A stretch of DNA of 64,000 nt from Tagaea sp. (GTDB lineage: Bacteria; Pseudomonadota; Alphaproteobacteria; CACIAM-22H2). The position numbers were made by a program, and so were the translations under genes. This document shows, piece by piece, positions 18,630 through 28,266 of this stretch (the stretch's first letter is position 1; each line of letters begins with the position of its first letter). Below the pieces are notes generated by a model. The model saw only the letters and a program-made list of their open reading frames with translations, was not told the origin of the DNA and searched no databases. The DNA lies in the NCBI GenBank assembly GCA_965279525.1, contig CBDIIB010000004.1:1216001-1280000 (forward strand). The letters run 5' to 3'.

Positions 18630-19916
18630 ATGCGTCTCGATGAAATCGCGAACGGTATGGTCGACGAGACGACCAAGGGGATGCCCGGAGGCATGGCGCC
18701 GCTCAAGCTGCGCGACATCGGTTCGCAAGGCTGGAACCTGCTTGCCGAAGACATGCCGCTGCCCGTCTGCGTGCTGAAGGCGGATGCCGTGACGCGCAAC
18801 GAGACGCTGATGCGCGCCTTCCTCGAGCGCACGGGCGCCATTCTCTCCCCCCACGGCAAGACGACGATGAGCCCGCAGCTGTTCGACCGCCAGGGCAAGG
18901 CGGGTGCCTGGGCGATCACGGTAGGGACCGTCCACCAGATCCAGGTCGCGCGCCATTTCGGCAGCGCACGCATCGTGCTCGCCAACCAGCTCGTGGGCAA
19001 GCAGGGCCTGCGCTATGTCACCGACGAACTCGCGCGCGATCCCGGCTTCGAATTCTTCTGTCTTGTCGATTCCGTCGCCGGCGTGGAAGCGCTCGCGGCC
19101 GCCGCAAAGGCGAAGGGCCTGCGCGGACGCATCGGGATCTTCCTCGAAGGCGGCATGCGCGGCGGGCGCACCGGCGTGCGCGATCTCGACACCGCCCGCG
19201 CCGTCGCGCGTGCAGCGAAGGCGGCAGAACCCTGGGTGCTGCTGCGCGGCGTCGAAGGCTTCGAGGGCCTGCTGTCCGGGCCGGAAGCTCCGTTGCGCGT
19301 CGGGCAGTTTCTCGAATTCCTCGGCGACATCGCCAAGCTCGTCGATGCCGAAGATCTCTGCGCGGACGGACCGCTGATCCTGACGGCTGGTGGCTCGGCC
19401 TTCTACGACATGGTCGTCGAGAAGTTCCGCGGGCTCAACCTGAAGCGCCCAAAATCGATCCTGATGCGTTCGGGCTGCTACATCACGCACGATTCCATGA
19501 TGTACGAATCGCACTTCGACGCCATCGCCGAGCGCTCGAAGATGCTTGCCGAACTCGGCAGGCCGGAGCCTGCACTCGAGGTCTGGGCCTATGTCCAGTC
19601 GCGCCCCGAACCGACCCGCGTGCTGGTGACGATGGGAAAGCGCGACGTCTCCTACGATCCGCACCTCCCGATGCCCCGTCTCTGGTACAGGCCGGGCACG
19701 GCACCACGCGTTCCGTCGAAGCTGTCCGGCCATGTGTGCGTCAATCTCAACGACCAGCACGGCTATCTCGACGTGCCGGCGGACTCGCCGTTGCAGGTCG
19801 GCGACATGGTCGGCTTCGGGATCTCGCATCCCTGCCTGACCTTCGACAAGTGGCAGCTGATCGTGCTGGTCGACGCGAAATACGATGTCGTCGACGCGAT
19901 CCGGACGTACTTCTAG
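18630..19916 (+). CDS. D-serine deaminase-like / D-threonine aldolase family PLP enzyme (fold type III)
   Basis: PHGKTTMSPQLF, GRTGVR, AGGSAFYD, RSGCYITHD, GKRD, NDQH and SHPCLTFDKW motifs. Start MRLDE. Confidence 0.85.
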   Translation: MRLDEIANGMVDETTKGMPGGMAPLKLRDIGSQGWNLLAEDMPLPVCVLKADAVTRNETLMRAFLERTGAILSPHGKTTMSPQLFDRQGKAGAWAITVGTVHQIQVARHFGSARIVLANQLVGKQGLRYVTDELARDPGFEFFCLVDSVAGVEALAAAAKAKGLRGRIGIFLEGGMRGGRTGVRDLDTARAVARAAKAAEPWVLLRGVEGFEGLLSGPEAPLRVGQFLEFLGDIAKLVDAEDLCADGPLILTAGGSAFYDMVVEKFRGLNLKRPKSILMRSGCYITHDSMMYESHFDAIAERSKMLAELGRPEPALEVWAYVQSRPEPTRVLVTMGKRDVSYDPHLPMPRLWYRPGTAPRVPSKLSGHVCVNLNDQHGYLDVPADSPLQVGDMVGFGISHPCLTFDKWQLIVLVDAKYDVVDAIRTYF

Positions 19917-21172
19917 TCGATCGCAAGGCCGAGATTCTCGGCCGCCCACCCGGCAAGATCGAGAAGCTCCTCGTCGCGGCCGCGTGCGCCGACGAACTGG
20001 ACGCCGACAGGCATGCCGGCAGGACCGGTTGCGGCCGGCAACGTGACGCAAGGCGGCCCCAGCAGCGACAAGAACAGGCTGAAGGTCGCTTCCCCGGTCG
20101 AACCGAGCCCGACCGGAGCTTCGCCCAGTGCTGCCGGCAGGACGAATGCGTCGAAATGCGCGATGTCGGCGTCGAAGATACGGCGCGCGGCATCGGCTTG
20201 GGTCTGGGCGGCTGCATAGCCTGCCTCGTTGGCGCGACCCAGCGCCATGAACTCGCGCAACGCCGCCGACAGCTTGCCGGGTTCGCGCTTCTCGTAGGCA
20301 TCGAACGCGCGGGCAGCCTCGACCGACACGATCCGGCGATGCAGCGCGTTGAGTTCGCCGTACGCGGCCGGCAGCGTCACCGGAACGATGTCCGCCACGC
20401 CGGAAAGCTGTCGGCAGACCTTGTCGCGCGCCTCGCGGGCGCTCGCCTCGGCTTGCGGGTCGTAAGGCGTGGTCAGGCATGCCAGGCGCGGGCGGGCCCG
20501 GCGCGGAGCCGGCGTGCGCGGCGGATCGAGCAGCACCGAACCCATCAGCCGCAGATCGCCGGCCGAACGCGCGAACCAGCCGACCGTGTCGAGCGAGCGG
20601 GCGAGTTCATGCACCCCTTGGGTATTTGTCCGCCCGATCGACGACTTGAAGCCGAACGTGCCGCAGAACGAGGCCGGCCGGATCACCGAGCCGCCCGTCT
20701 GCGTACCGATGGCAAGAGGCGCCATGAAGTCGGCGACGGCAGCGGCCGACCCGCTCGAAGATCCGCCCGGCGTGCGGGCGGGATCGCGCGGATTGCGGGT
20801 CGCCTTGGGCGTGACGTGCGCGAACTCGGTCGTCACCGTTTTGCCGAGGATGACCGCACCTGCCGCCTTCAGGCGGCGCACGCAGTCGGCGTCGGCCGCC
20901 GGAACATGGCCTGCGAACACCGGCGAGCCGTACTCGGTACCGAGACCGGCCGTATCGACGATATCCTTGATCGCGACCGGCACGCCGGCGAGCGCGCCGA
21001 GGATCGGTATCGTCGCGGTCGTCTCCAGACGCGCGAATGCGCCGACCGTCTCGTCACGCGTCGCGATGCGGGCCCGACACGCGGCAAGCAGTTCGGCCGG
21101 CGTCAGGTCCTCCGCGACGATCGCGCGGCGCGCGCGTGTCGCCGTCAGGGCGTGGATCTCACCAGGGCTCAT
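19913..21172 (-). CDS. amidase signature family protein
   Basis: Lys-Ser-Ser triad in KDIVDT, PGGSSSGSAAA and GTQTGGSVIRPA. Start MSPGE. Confidence 0.9.
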   Translation of the reverse strand: MSPGEIHALTATRARRAIVAEDLTPAELLAACRARIATRDETVGAFARLETTATIPILGALAGVPVAIKDIVDTAGLGTEYGSPVFAGHVPAADADCVRRLKAAGAVILGKTVTTEFAHVTPKATRNPRDPARTPGGSSSGSAAAVADFMAPLAIGTQTGGSVIRPASFCGTFGFKSSIGRTNTQGVHELARSLDTVGWFARSAGDLRLMGSVLLDPPRTPAPRRARPRLACLTTPYDPQAEASAREARDKVCRQLSGVADIVPVTLPAAYGELNALHRRIVSVEAARAFDAYEKREPGKLSAALREFMALGRANEAGYAAAQTQADAARRIFDADIAHFDAFVLPAALGEAPVGLGSTGEATFSLFLSLLGPPCVTLPAATGPAGMPVGVQFVGARGRDEELLDLAGWAAENLGLAID

Positions 21173-22166
21173 CGACCGCCAGATGCGAGACGCAGTCGCC
21201 ACGTTCGACACGGCCGAAATGGCGCTTGCAGATGACCATGCCCTCCTCGCGGAAATGGCACGGCACCGGGGCACGTCCGGGATTGTCGATGAAATGGACG
21301 TGGCCGCAGAGCTGGCCCTTGGTCACGGTCTCGCCGAGTTCGACGGCCGGCTCGAACAGGCCCGGCTCCGGCGCGTAGACGAACCAGGCCTGGCCCGGCA
21401 CGGTCACGCGACGCGGCGGCTTTGCGCTTGCCCAGTCCTTCGGCTTTTCCATGATCCCGAGATTGACGAGATGCCGGCGCAGGCCGCGCTCGACCATCGC
21501 AAGCGCCTTGCGGTTGACCGAACCCGTTCCGCCGAACTCGCCGCCCAGTGCGGGCACGCCACGATGCAGTGCCGCCGCCGGTGCGTAGCGGATGTCCTGA
21601 CCGAGCTTCCAGACGAGCGCCACATCGGGTGCGAAGGCCTTCAGCGCCTCACTGCACCGCCTGTCGAGTTCTTCGCCCGCACCCGCATGCATCGAGGCGA
21701 ACGGCACGTAATCGAGCGATCCGCCGCCCGAATGCAGGTCGTGGAACAGGTCGGCGCGCGGAAACAATTCGGTGTCGATGTAGTAGGCGATCTGCTGCGT
21801 GACCGTTCCGTCCGGATCGCCGGGGAAGGTGCGGTTGAGGTTGCCGCCGTCGATCGGCGAGACGCGGGCCCCGTCCATTGCCGCGGGGAAGTTCGCCGCC
21901 GGGAGGATAATGACCCGCCCCTGGATTTCGCCCGGTTCGAGCCCCCGGATCAGCTTGGCGAGTGCGATTTGCCCCTCATATTCGTCGCCATGGTTTCCGG
22001 CCATGAAGAAGGCGGTCGGTCCCTTGCCGTTCTTGATGCAGGCGATCGGGATCATGATCCGGCCATAGGCCGATCGTGTCACCGAATGGGGCAGTCCGAG
22101 CCAGTCGACCTGCTTGCCGTCGCGGTCGAAATCGATGTCGGAAACCAGGCGTGTCGGCCGTGCCAT
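21159..22166 (-). CDS. succinylglutamate desuccinylase/aspartoacylase family (DoeB-like N-acyl diamino-acid deacylase)
   Basis: GNHGDEYEG, NLNRTFPG, DLHSGG and GEFGG motifs. Start MARPT. Confidence 0.85.
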   Translation of the reverse strand: MARPTRLVSDIDFDRDGKQVDWLGLPHSVTRSAYGRIMIPIACIKNGKGPTAFFMAGNHGDEYEGQIALAKLIRGLEPGEIQGRVIILPAANFPAAMDGARVSPIDGGNLNRTFPGDPDGTVTQQIAYYIDTELFPRADLFHDLHSGGGSLDYVPFASMHAGAGEELDRRCSEALKAFAPDVALVWKLGQDIRYAPAAALHRGVPALGGEFGGTGSVNRKALAMVERGLRRHLVNLGIMEKPKDWASAKPPRRVTVPGQAWFVYAPEPGLFEPAVELGETVTKGQLCGHVHFIDNPGRAPVPCHFREEGMVICKRHFGRVERGDCVSHLAVDEPW

Positions 22167-22245
22167 CGCGCGCAATCCCTCCCCTTCCGTCCTACGATTG
22201 AATGACGCTATGCTGCCGCCGACATCAAATCTAGGGGGAATAGAG

Positions 22246-23715
22246 ATGCGCCTGTTTGCCGCGACGATCGCGACCGAAACGAACACCTTCTCGCCGCTGC
22301 CGACGAGCATCGAAGCCTACAAGGAGTGCGTCTTCCTGCGGCCGGGCGAGCATCCGGACGAGACCCCGCTGATGTGCACGGCCCCGCTCTGGGTGGCCCG
22401 CCGCCGCGCGAAAAAGGAAGGCTTCACGCTCGTCGAGGGCAGCTGCTTTGCCGCAAGCCCGGCCGGTACCACGAACCGCAAGGACTACGAGTTCATGCGC
22501 GACGAGATCCTGGGTCAGCTGCGCGCCGCGATGCCGATCGACGGCGTTTTGCTCGGGCTGCACGGCGCCATGGTCGCGCACGGCTACGACGACGTCGAAG
22601 GCGACATCATCGAGCGCGTGCGCGAGATCGTCGGGCCGAAATGCGTGATCGGCGTCGAACTCGACCCGCACTGCCACCTGACGCTCAAGCGCGTGAAGCT
22701 TGCCGACATCATCGTGCTCTACAAGGAATTCCCGCACACCGACGTCGTCGAGCGTGCGGAGGATGTGCTCAATCTCGTGCTGCGCACGCTGCGCGGAGAG
22801 ATCAAGCCGGTCATGTCGATGTACGACTGCCGCCAGATCCAGAGCTATCCGACCACGCTGCCGCTGATGCGGGCCTTCGTCGACCGGATGATCGCGATGG
22901 AAGGCAAGGACGGCATCCTGTCGGTCTCGATCGGCCATTGCTTCCCGTACGCCGACGTGCCGGAGCTTACGGGACGCATCCTCGTCGTCATGGACAAGGA
23001 CAAGGCCAAGGGCGACAAGCTCGCCACGTCGATCGGCGAGGAGTTCGTGTCGATGCGCGGCAAGACGATGCCGGAGTATTTCAGCGTCGACGCCGGCATC
23101 AGCGCTGCGATGGAGTTCAATGCCGCCCCGGTCGTGATGGCGGATCCCGCTGACAATGCCGGCGGCGGAGCCCCGACCGACAACACGACGATCCTGCGCC
23201 GCCTGATCGAGCGCGACGCACAGGAGGCGATCATCGGGCCGATATGGGACCCGATCGCCGTCCGCCTCTGCTTCGATGCCGGCCTCGGGGCGGAGTTCGC
23301 ACTCCGCTTCGGCGGCAAAATCGGGCCCACCTCGGGGCAGCCGGTCGATGCCATGGTCAAGGTCGTCGGCCTCAAGCGCGACTGCCACCAGAGCTTCGGC
23401 CCCACGCAGGTACCGCTGGGCGACTGTGCCGCCATCAAGGTCGGCGGCGTCGAGATCGTGCTGATCACCAACCGGACCCAGGCGCTCGGCCTCGAGCTGT
23501 TCGAAAACGTCGGAATCGACCCGCGGACGCGAAAGATGGTGGTCGTCAAGTCGACCAACCACTTCATGGCCGCCTTCGGCCCGATCGCGAAAAAGGTGAT
23601 CTACATCGACTCCGACGGCCCCCTCAGCCGGGACTACCGGAAAATACCCTTCACGCGCATCAACCGGCCGATCTGGCCGCTGGACGAAAACACCTCACCG
23701 GCCCTCATTTTCTGA
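22246..23715 (+). CDS. M81 family metallopeptidase (MlrC-like)
   Basis: ETNTFSP, LHGAM, DPHCH, FPHTD, DNAGGGA and VKSTNHF motifs. Confidence 0.9.
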   Translation: MRLFAATIATETNTFSPLPTSIEAYKECVFLRPGEHPDETPLMCTAPLWVARRRAKKEGFTLVEGSCFAASPAGTTNRKDYEFMRDEILGQLRAAMPIDGVLLGLHGAMVAHGYDDVEGDIIERVREIVGPKCVIGVELDPHCHLTLKRVKLADIIVLYKEFPHTDVVERAEDVLNLVLRTLRGEIKPVMSMYDCRQIQSYPTTLPLMRAFVDRMIAMEGKDGILSVSIGHCFPYADVPELTGRILVVMDKDKAKGDKLATSIGEEFVSMRGKTMPEYFSVDAGISAAMEFNAAPVVMADPADNAGGGAPTDNTTILRRLIERDAQEAIIGPIWDPIAVRLCFDAGLGAEFALRFGGKIGPTSGQPVDAMVKVVGLKRDCHQSFGPTQVPLGDCAAIKVGGVEIVLITNRTQALGLELFENVGIDPRTRKMVVVKSTNHFMAAFGPIAKKVIYIDSDGPLSRDYRKIPFTRINRPIWPLDENTSPALIF

Positions 23716-23739
23716 GGGTCTTGCAGGCCGGCGGGGGGC

Positions 23740-23758
23740 TGTGACAAGCTTTGTCACA
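23740..23758. promoter_or_regulatory. palindromic putative operator upstream of peptide ABC binding protein
   Basis: TGTGACAA-GCT-TTGTCACA, an 8-bp perfect inverted repeat in an AT-rich gap. Confidence 0.55.
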
Positions 23759-23812
23759 CACAAAAACTCACTAATAACAATCGCGCCGAATCAACGGACA
23801 CGGAGGATAAAG

Positions 23813-25420
23813 ATGAGCAAGTTTTCACGTCGTACGGTCCTGAAGGCCACGGCCGCAACGGCGGCTATCGCCGGAGCGCCCTCTCTCGCGCGCGCCCAGG
23901 CGCGACCGCCAGCGGCGCGCACGGTCCGCGCCGTCTTCCACGGCGACGTCCCGACCTACGACCCGATCTGGACGACCGCGAACATGTCCGCCTATCACGG
24001 CGGCATGGTCTACGACACGCTCTTCGGCATCGACGAAAAAGGCGAAGCCAAGCCGCAGATGGTCGGCAAGTACGGCTACGACGCCGGCAACATGACCTGG
24101 ACGTTCGAGCTTCGCGACGGCCTCAAGTGGCACGACGGCACCGACGTGACGTCGGCGGACGTCGTCCCGTCGATCAAGCGCTGGGCGGCACGCGACGGCG
24201 GCGGCCAACACATGATGCAACGCGTCAAGGGCATCGAAGCGAAGGATTCCAAGACCTTCACGATCGCGCTCAAGGAGCGTTACGGCCTCGTGCTCGATGT
24301 GCTTGCGAAGACGACGACGCCGGTCGGCTTCATGATGCGCAAGAAGGAAGCCGAAACCGATCCGATGCAGAAGATCGAGACGGTCGTCGGTTCGGGTCCG
24401 TTCACGCTGAACCTCGCCGAGACGCGCCCCGGCACGCAGTACGTCTACGACCGCAATCCGAACTACGTGCCGCGCGCCGAAGCGCCCAACGGCATCTCCG
24501 GCGGCAAGGTCGTCAAGCTCGATCGCGTCGTGTTCGTCAACATGCCCGACGGCCAGACGGCAGTCGCCGCACTCCAGGCCGGCGAGATCGACTTCTACGA
24601 GATCCCGCAGCCTGATTTCATGCCGCAGCTGGAGAGCGACAGGAACATCAAGATCCAGATCTTGAATGGCCTGGGTCAGGTCGGGCTCATCCGGCCGAAC
24701 TTCCTGCATCCGCCCTTCAACAACGTGAAGGCACGCCAGGCGCTCCTGCACTGCGTCAAGCAGTCGGACCACATGAAGGCGACGTTCGGCGATTCGAAGT
24801 ACGCCAAGGAAACCCCATCGTTCTTCGCGATGGGTACTTCCATGGAGAACGACGCCAACACGGGTTGGTACAAGGGTGGCCAGAACTTCGCCCGGTCGAA
24901 GGCACTGCTTGCCGAGGCCGGCTACAAGGGCGAGGAAGTCCTGCTGATGCAGGCGACCAACATCCCTTACATGAGCAACTCGGCACAGCTGCTGGCGCAG
25001 GAACTGCGTCAGGGCGGCTTCAACGTCCGCGTCGAGGCGATGGACTGGTCGAACGTAGTCCAGCGCCGCTCGGTGAAGAACCCGCCCGCCCAAGGCGGCT
25101 GGAACATCTTCATCACGTCGGCCGGCGGCTCCGCCGTGGGCCATCCCATCCTGTTGTCGGCGCATGCCGCAACGGGCGGTGCGGCCTGGTTCGGCTGGCC
25201 GGAAGATGCCAAGCACGAGGCCTTGCGCGCCCAATGGGCCGTCGGCGAGACGCTGGCGGACCGCCAGCGCATCGCCCGCGAGATCCAGGACAACGCCTGG
25301 AACTTCGTGCCGCAGGTCTATTACGGCCAATGGGTGCAGCCGGCCGCGATGCGCTCCAACATCCGCGGCGTCTTGCCTGTCGCGGAAATCATCCCGTGGT
25401 GGAACGTCGAAAAGGGCTGA
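23813..25420 (+). CDS. peptide/opine ABC transporter substrate-binding protein (family 5), Tat signal
   Basis: SRRTVLK twin-arginine signal; YDTLF, LRDGLKWHDG and GSGPF motifs. Confidence 0.92.
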   Translation: MSKFSRRTVLKATAATAAIAGAPSLARAQARPPAARTVRAVFHGDVPTYDPIWTTANMSAYHGGMVYDTLFGIDEKGEAKPQMVGKYGYDAGNMTWTFELRDGLKWHDGTDVTSADVVPSIKRWAARDGGGQHMMQRVKGIEAKDSKTFTIALKERYGLVLDVLAKTTTPVGFMMRKKEAETDPMQKIETVVGSGPFTLNLAETRPGTQYVYDRNPNYVPRAEAPNGISGGKVVKLDRVVFVNMPDGQTAVAALQAGEIDFYEIPQPDFMPQLESDRNIKIQILNGLGQVGLIRPNFLHPPFNNVKARQALLHCVKQSDHMKATFGDSKYAKETPSFFAMGTSMENDANTGWYKGGQNFARSKALLAEAGYKGEEVLLMQATNIPYMSNSAQLLAQELRQGGFNVRVEAMDWSNVVQRRSVKNPPAQGGWNIFITSAGGSAVGHPILLSAHAATGGAAWFGWPEDAKHEALRAQWAVGETLADRQRIAREIQDNAWNFVPQVYYGQWVQPAAMRSNIRGVLPVAEIIPWWNVEKG

Positions 25421-25443
25421 TCGGCATCCTTTTCGCATGATCC

Positions 25444-25473
25444 GTCGGTGCGCCCGTTCGAGGGCGCACCGAC
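25444..25473 (+). terminator. intergenic stem-loop after binding-protein gene
   Basis: GTCGGTGCGCCC-GTTCGA-GGGCGCACCGAC, a 12-bp perfect stem. Confidence 0.6.
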
Positions 25474-25488
25474 TTCACGGGTTCATCG

Positions 25489-26430
25489 ATGCTCGCATAT
25501 ATCGTTCGACGGCTTTTCCTCACGCTACCGGTCATGGCACTGGTGGCGGTATTCGTGTTCCTGCTGCTGCATCTCTCGCCCGGCGACCCGGCGGCGATCA
25601 TGGCCGGCGAGAACGCCACCTCCGAAAATATCGCGCAGATCCGCACAAAGCTCGGCCTCGACGAACCGCTGTGGAAGCAGTTCGCATTGTGGGTCGGCGC
25701 GCTCGCGACAGGCGATCTCGGCCAGTCCCTGTTCTGGGGCGATCCGGTGACGGTCCTGATCGCACAGCGGGCCGAGCCGACCGTCTCGCTCGCTATCACA
25801 ACCATCTCCTTCGCCGTCATTGTCGCGATCTCCCTTGGCGTGATCGCGGCTGCGAACCCGGGAACGTGGATCGACCGCGGCGTCATGGGCTTCGCGGTGA
25901 TGGGCTTCTCCCTGCCGGTCTTCGTCGTCGGCTACATGTTGATTTTTCTGTTCGCCATCGAGCTCAAGTGGCTTCCGGTGCAGGGCTATACGCGCATCGC
26001 CGAAGGCTTTACGCCGTGGATCCGCAATCTCGTATTGCCGTCGCTGGCGCTGGGCATGGCGTATGTGGCGTTGATCGCACGCATCACGCGCACGACGATG
26101 CTCGAAGTGCTCGCCGAAGACTATATCCGCACGGGCAAGGCCAAGGGCGTGGCCAACCGCCCACTGCTGCTTCGCCACGCGCTGAAGAACGCGGCCGTAC
26201 CGATCGTGACGGTCGTGGGCATCGGCGTGGCGCTGCTGATCGGCGGCGTGGTCATCACCGAGACGGTTTTCAACATTCCTGGGGTCGGGCGCCTCGTCGT
26301 CGACGCGATCTCGCGGCGAGATTACCCGATCGTGCAGGGGGTCATCATGATGTTCGCCGGCATCTACGTGCTGGTGAACCTGCTGGTCGACCTCTCCTAT
26401 ACTTTCTTCGATCCGCGCATCCGGTACTGA
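25489..26430 (+). CDS. peptide ABC permease (DppB-like)
   Basis: PGDPA, GLDEP, GDLGQS, EDYIRTGKAKG and DPRIRY motifs. Confidence 0.92.
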   Translation: MLAYIVRRLFLTLPVMALVAVFVFLLLHLSPGDPAAIMAGENATSENIAQIRTKLGLDEPLWKQFALWVGALATGDLGQSLFWGDPVTVLIAQRAEPTVSLAITTISFAVIVAISLGVIAAANPGTWIDRGVMGFAVMGFSLPVFVVGYMLIFLFAIELKWLPVQGYTRIAEGFTPWIRNLVLPSLALGMAYVALIARITRTTMLEVLAEDYIRTGKAKGVANRPLLLRHALKNAAVPIVTVVGIGVALLIGGVVITETVFNIPGVGRLVVDAISRRDYPIVQGVIMMFAGIYVLVNLLVDLSYTFFDPRIRY

Positions 26431-26431
26431 C

Positions 26432-27268
26432 ATGGACATGCGCGCCTTCGTCACGTTCGCCCGTCGCAACCCGACCATCATCGCTGGATCGACGATCCTT
26501 GCCTTCATGGCGATCGTGGCGCTCGCCGCCCCGCTGATCGCCGGCGATCCGCGCCTGATGAACCCGGTCAACCGTCTGAAGCCGCCGTCGGCGGAATTCT
26601 GGTTTGGCACCGACGGGCTCGGCCGCGACATCTTCTCGCGCTGCGTCTACGGGGCACGCATCTCTCTGATCGTGGGCATGTCGGTTGCGTCCGCGTCAGT
26701 TTTGCTGGGCCTGATGATCGGACTGGCCGCCGGCTACCTGCGCTGGCTCGACAACTACGTCATGCGCGTGATGGACGGCCTGATGGCGATCCCGGCGATC
26801 CTGCTGGCCATCGCGATGGTGTCGCTCAACCGTGCGACGGTCGGCATCGTCATCGTTGCCATCGTCATTCCGGAAATCCCGCGTGTCGTGCGTCTCGTGC
26901 GCTCGGTCGTGCTGACCACGCGCGAACAGCCCTATATCGAGGCCGCAATCAGCGGCGGCAGCCGGTCCCTCAAGATCGTGCTGCGCCACATCCTGCCGAG
27001 CACGATCCCGCCACTCATCGTGCAGGCGACCTACGTGACCGCCTCGGCGATCCTGATCGAGGCGGGCCTGTCGTTCCTTGGCGCCGGCGTGCCACCCGAG
27101 ACACCAACCTGGGGCAACATGATTGCGTCGAGCCGCCTGCTGCTGGCGCGCGCACCCTGGACGATCTTCTTCCCCGGCCTCTGCCTCGCCCTGGTCGTGC
27201 TGGCCGTCAATCTGCTCGGTGACGGTCTGCGCGACCGGCTCGACCCGCGCCTGTCGCGGCGGATGTAA
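26432..27268 (+). CDS. peptide ABC permease (DppC-like)
   Basis: [17 protein letters not shown] and [11 protein letters not shown] motifs. Confidence 0.92.
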   Translation: MDMRAFVTFARRNPTIIAGSTILAFMAIVALAAPLIAGDPRLMNPVNRLKPPSAEFWFGTDGLGRDIFSRCVYGARISLIVGMSVASASVLLGLMIGLAAGYLRWLDNYVMRVMDGLMAIPAILLAIAMVSLNRATVGIVIVAIVIPEIPRVVRLVRSVVLTTREQPYIEAAISGGSRSLKIVLRHILPSTIPPLIVQATYVTASAILIEAGLSFLGAGVPPETPTWGNMIASSRLLLARAPWTIFFPGLCLALVVLAVNLLGDGLRDRLDPRLSRRM

Positions 27269-27270
27269 GC

Positions 27271-28266
27271 ATGACCCAAGCGCCCGTCCTCGCGATCGAC
27301 GATCTCCAGACGCACTTCTTCACGCGTGACGGCGTGACGCGCGCGGTCGGCGGCGTTTCATTCGAAGTGCGCCCGGGCGAGACGCTCGGCGTGGTCGGCG
27401 AGTCCGGTTGCGGCAAGAGCGTGACGGCGCTGTCGATCCTCGGGCTGTTGCCGCCCAAGATCGGCCGGATCGTCGGCGGCTCGATCCGGTTCGAAGGGCG
27501 CGAACTTGTCGGTCTCGACGAAGCGGAGATGCGCAAGATCCGCGGCAACCGGATCGCGATGATCTTCCAGGAGCCGATGACGAGCCTCAATCCCGTCTTC
27601 TCGATCGGCGAGCAGATCGCCGAGGCGGCGATGATCCACCAGAACATGAACCGCGAGGCGGCCTTCGCGCGCGCGGCGGAGATGCTGCGGTTCGTGCGCA
27701 TCCCGGATGCCGAGCGGCGCGTGCACGACTACCCGCACCAGTTCTCCGGTGGCATGCGCCAGCGGGCGATGATCGCGATGGCCCTGTCGTGCAATCCAAA
27801 ACTTTTGATCGCCGACGAGCCCACGACGGCGCTCGACGTGACGATCCAGGCCCAGATCCTGCGCCTGATGCTGGATCTGAAGGAAACGATCGGTGCGGCC
27901 GTCATGCTCATCACGCACGATCTGGGCGTGGTCGCGGAAACCTGCCGGCGCGTCGTCGTGATGTACGCCGGCCGCAAGGTCGAGGAGGCCGACGTGCTCG
28001 ACCTGTTCGACCGGCCGGCCCACCCCTATACGCGCGGGCTGATGGCGTCGATCCCGCGGCGGAACTCGGGCGTCAACCGCAAGCGCCGCCTGTCCGAGAT
28101 TCCCGGCATCGTGCCGAACCTGCGCGACCCGATCCCCGGCTGCGCCTTCGCGCCGCGCTGTGCGCACGCGACCGACCGCTGTCGTGCCGAAGCGCCGCCG
28201 ATCCGGCCGCTTGAAGGCAGCCACCTCGTCGCCTGCTGGGAAGCCGAGAAGGTGCTCGCGTCATGA
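27271..28266 (+). CDS. peptide ABC ATPase (DppD-like)
   Basis: [16 protein letters not shown] and DEPTTALD motifs; C-terminal Cys cluster. Confidence 0.92.
   Translation: MTQAPVLAIDDLQTHFFTRDGVTRAVGGVSFEVRPGETLGVVGESGCGKSVTALSILGLLPPKIGRIVGGSIRFEGRELVGLDEAEMRKIRGNRIAMIFQEPMTSLNPVFSIGEQIAEAAMIHQNMNREAAFARAAEMLRFVRIPDAERRVHDYPHQFSGGMRQRAMIAMALSCNPKLLIADEPTTALDVTIQAQILRLMLDLKETIGAAVMLITHDLGVVAETCRRVVVMYAGRKVEEADVLDLFDRPAHPYTRGLMASIPRRNSGVNRKRRLSEIPGIVPNLRDPIPGCAFAPRCAHATDRCRAEAPPIRPLEGSHLVACWEAEKVLAS

Noticed and set aside
16683-19916. 1077-aa ORF as a giant fusion protein
   Set aside because: Only the part from ATG 18630 (RBS, PLP motifs) is protein-like. The upstream part overlaps the creatininase and dpaL genes.
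21159-22166. Ectoine catabolism operon
   Set aside because: No ectoine hydrolase DoeA, DoeC/D or ehu transporter recognised in the window.
22246-23715. Microcystin degradation (mlr) cluster
   Set aside because: No MlrA (CAAX protease-like), MlrB or MlrD genes. M81 peptidases are widespread.
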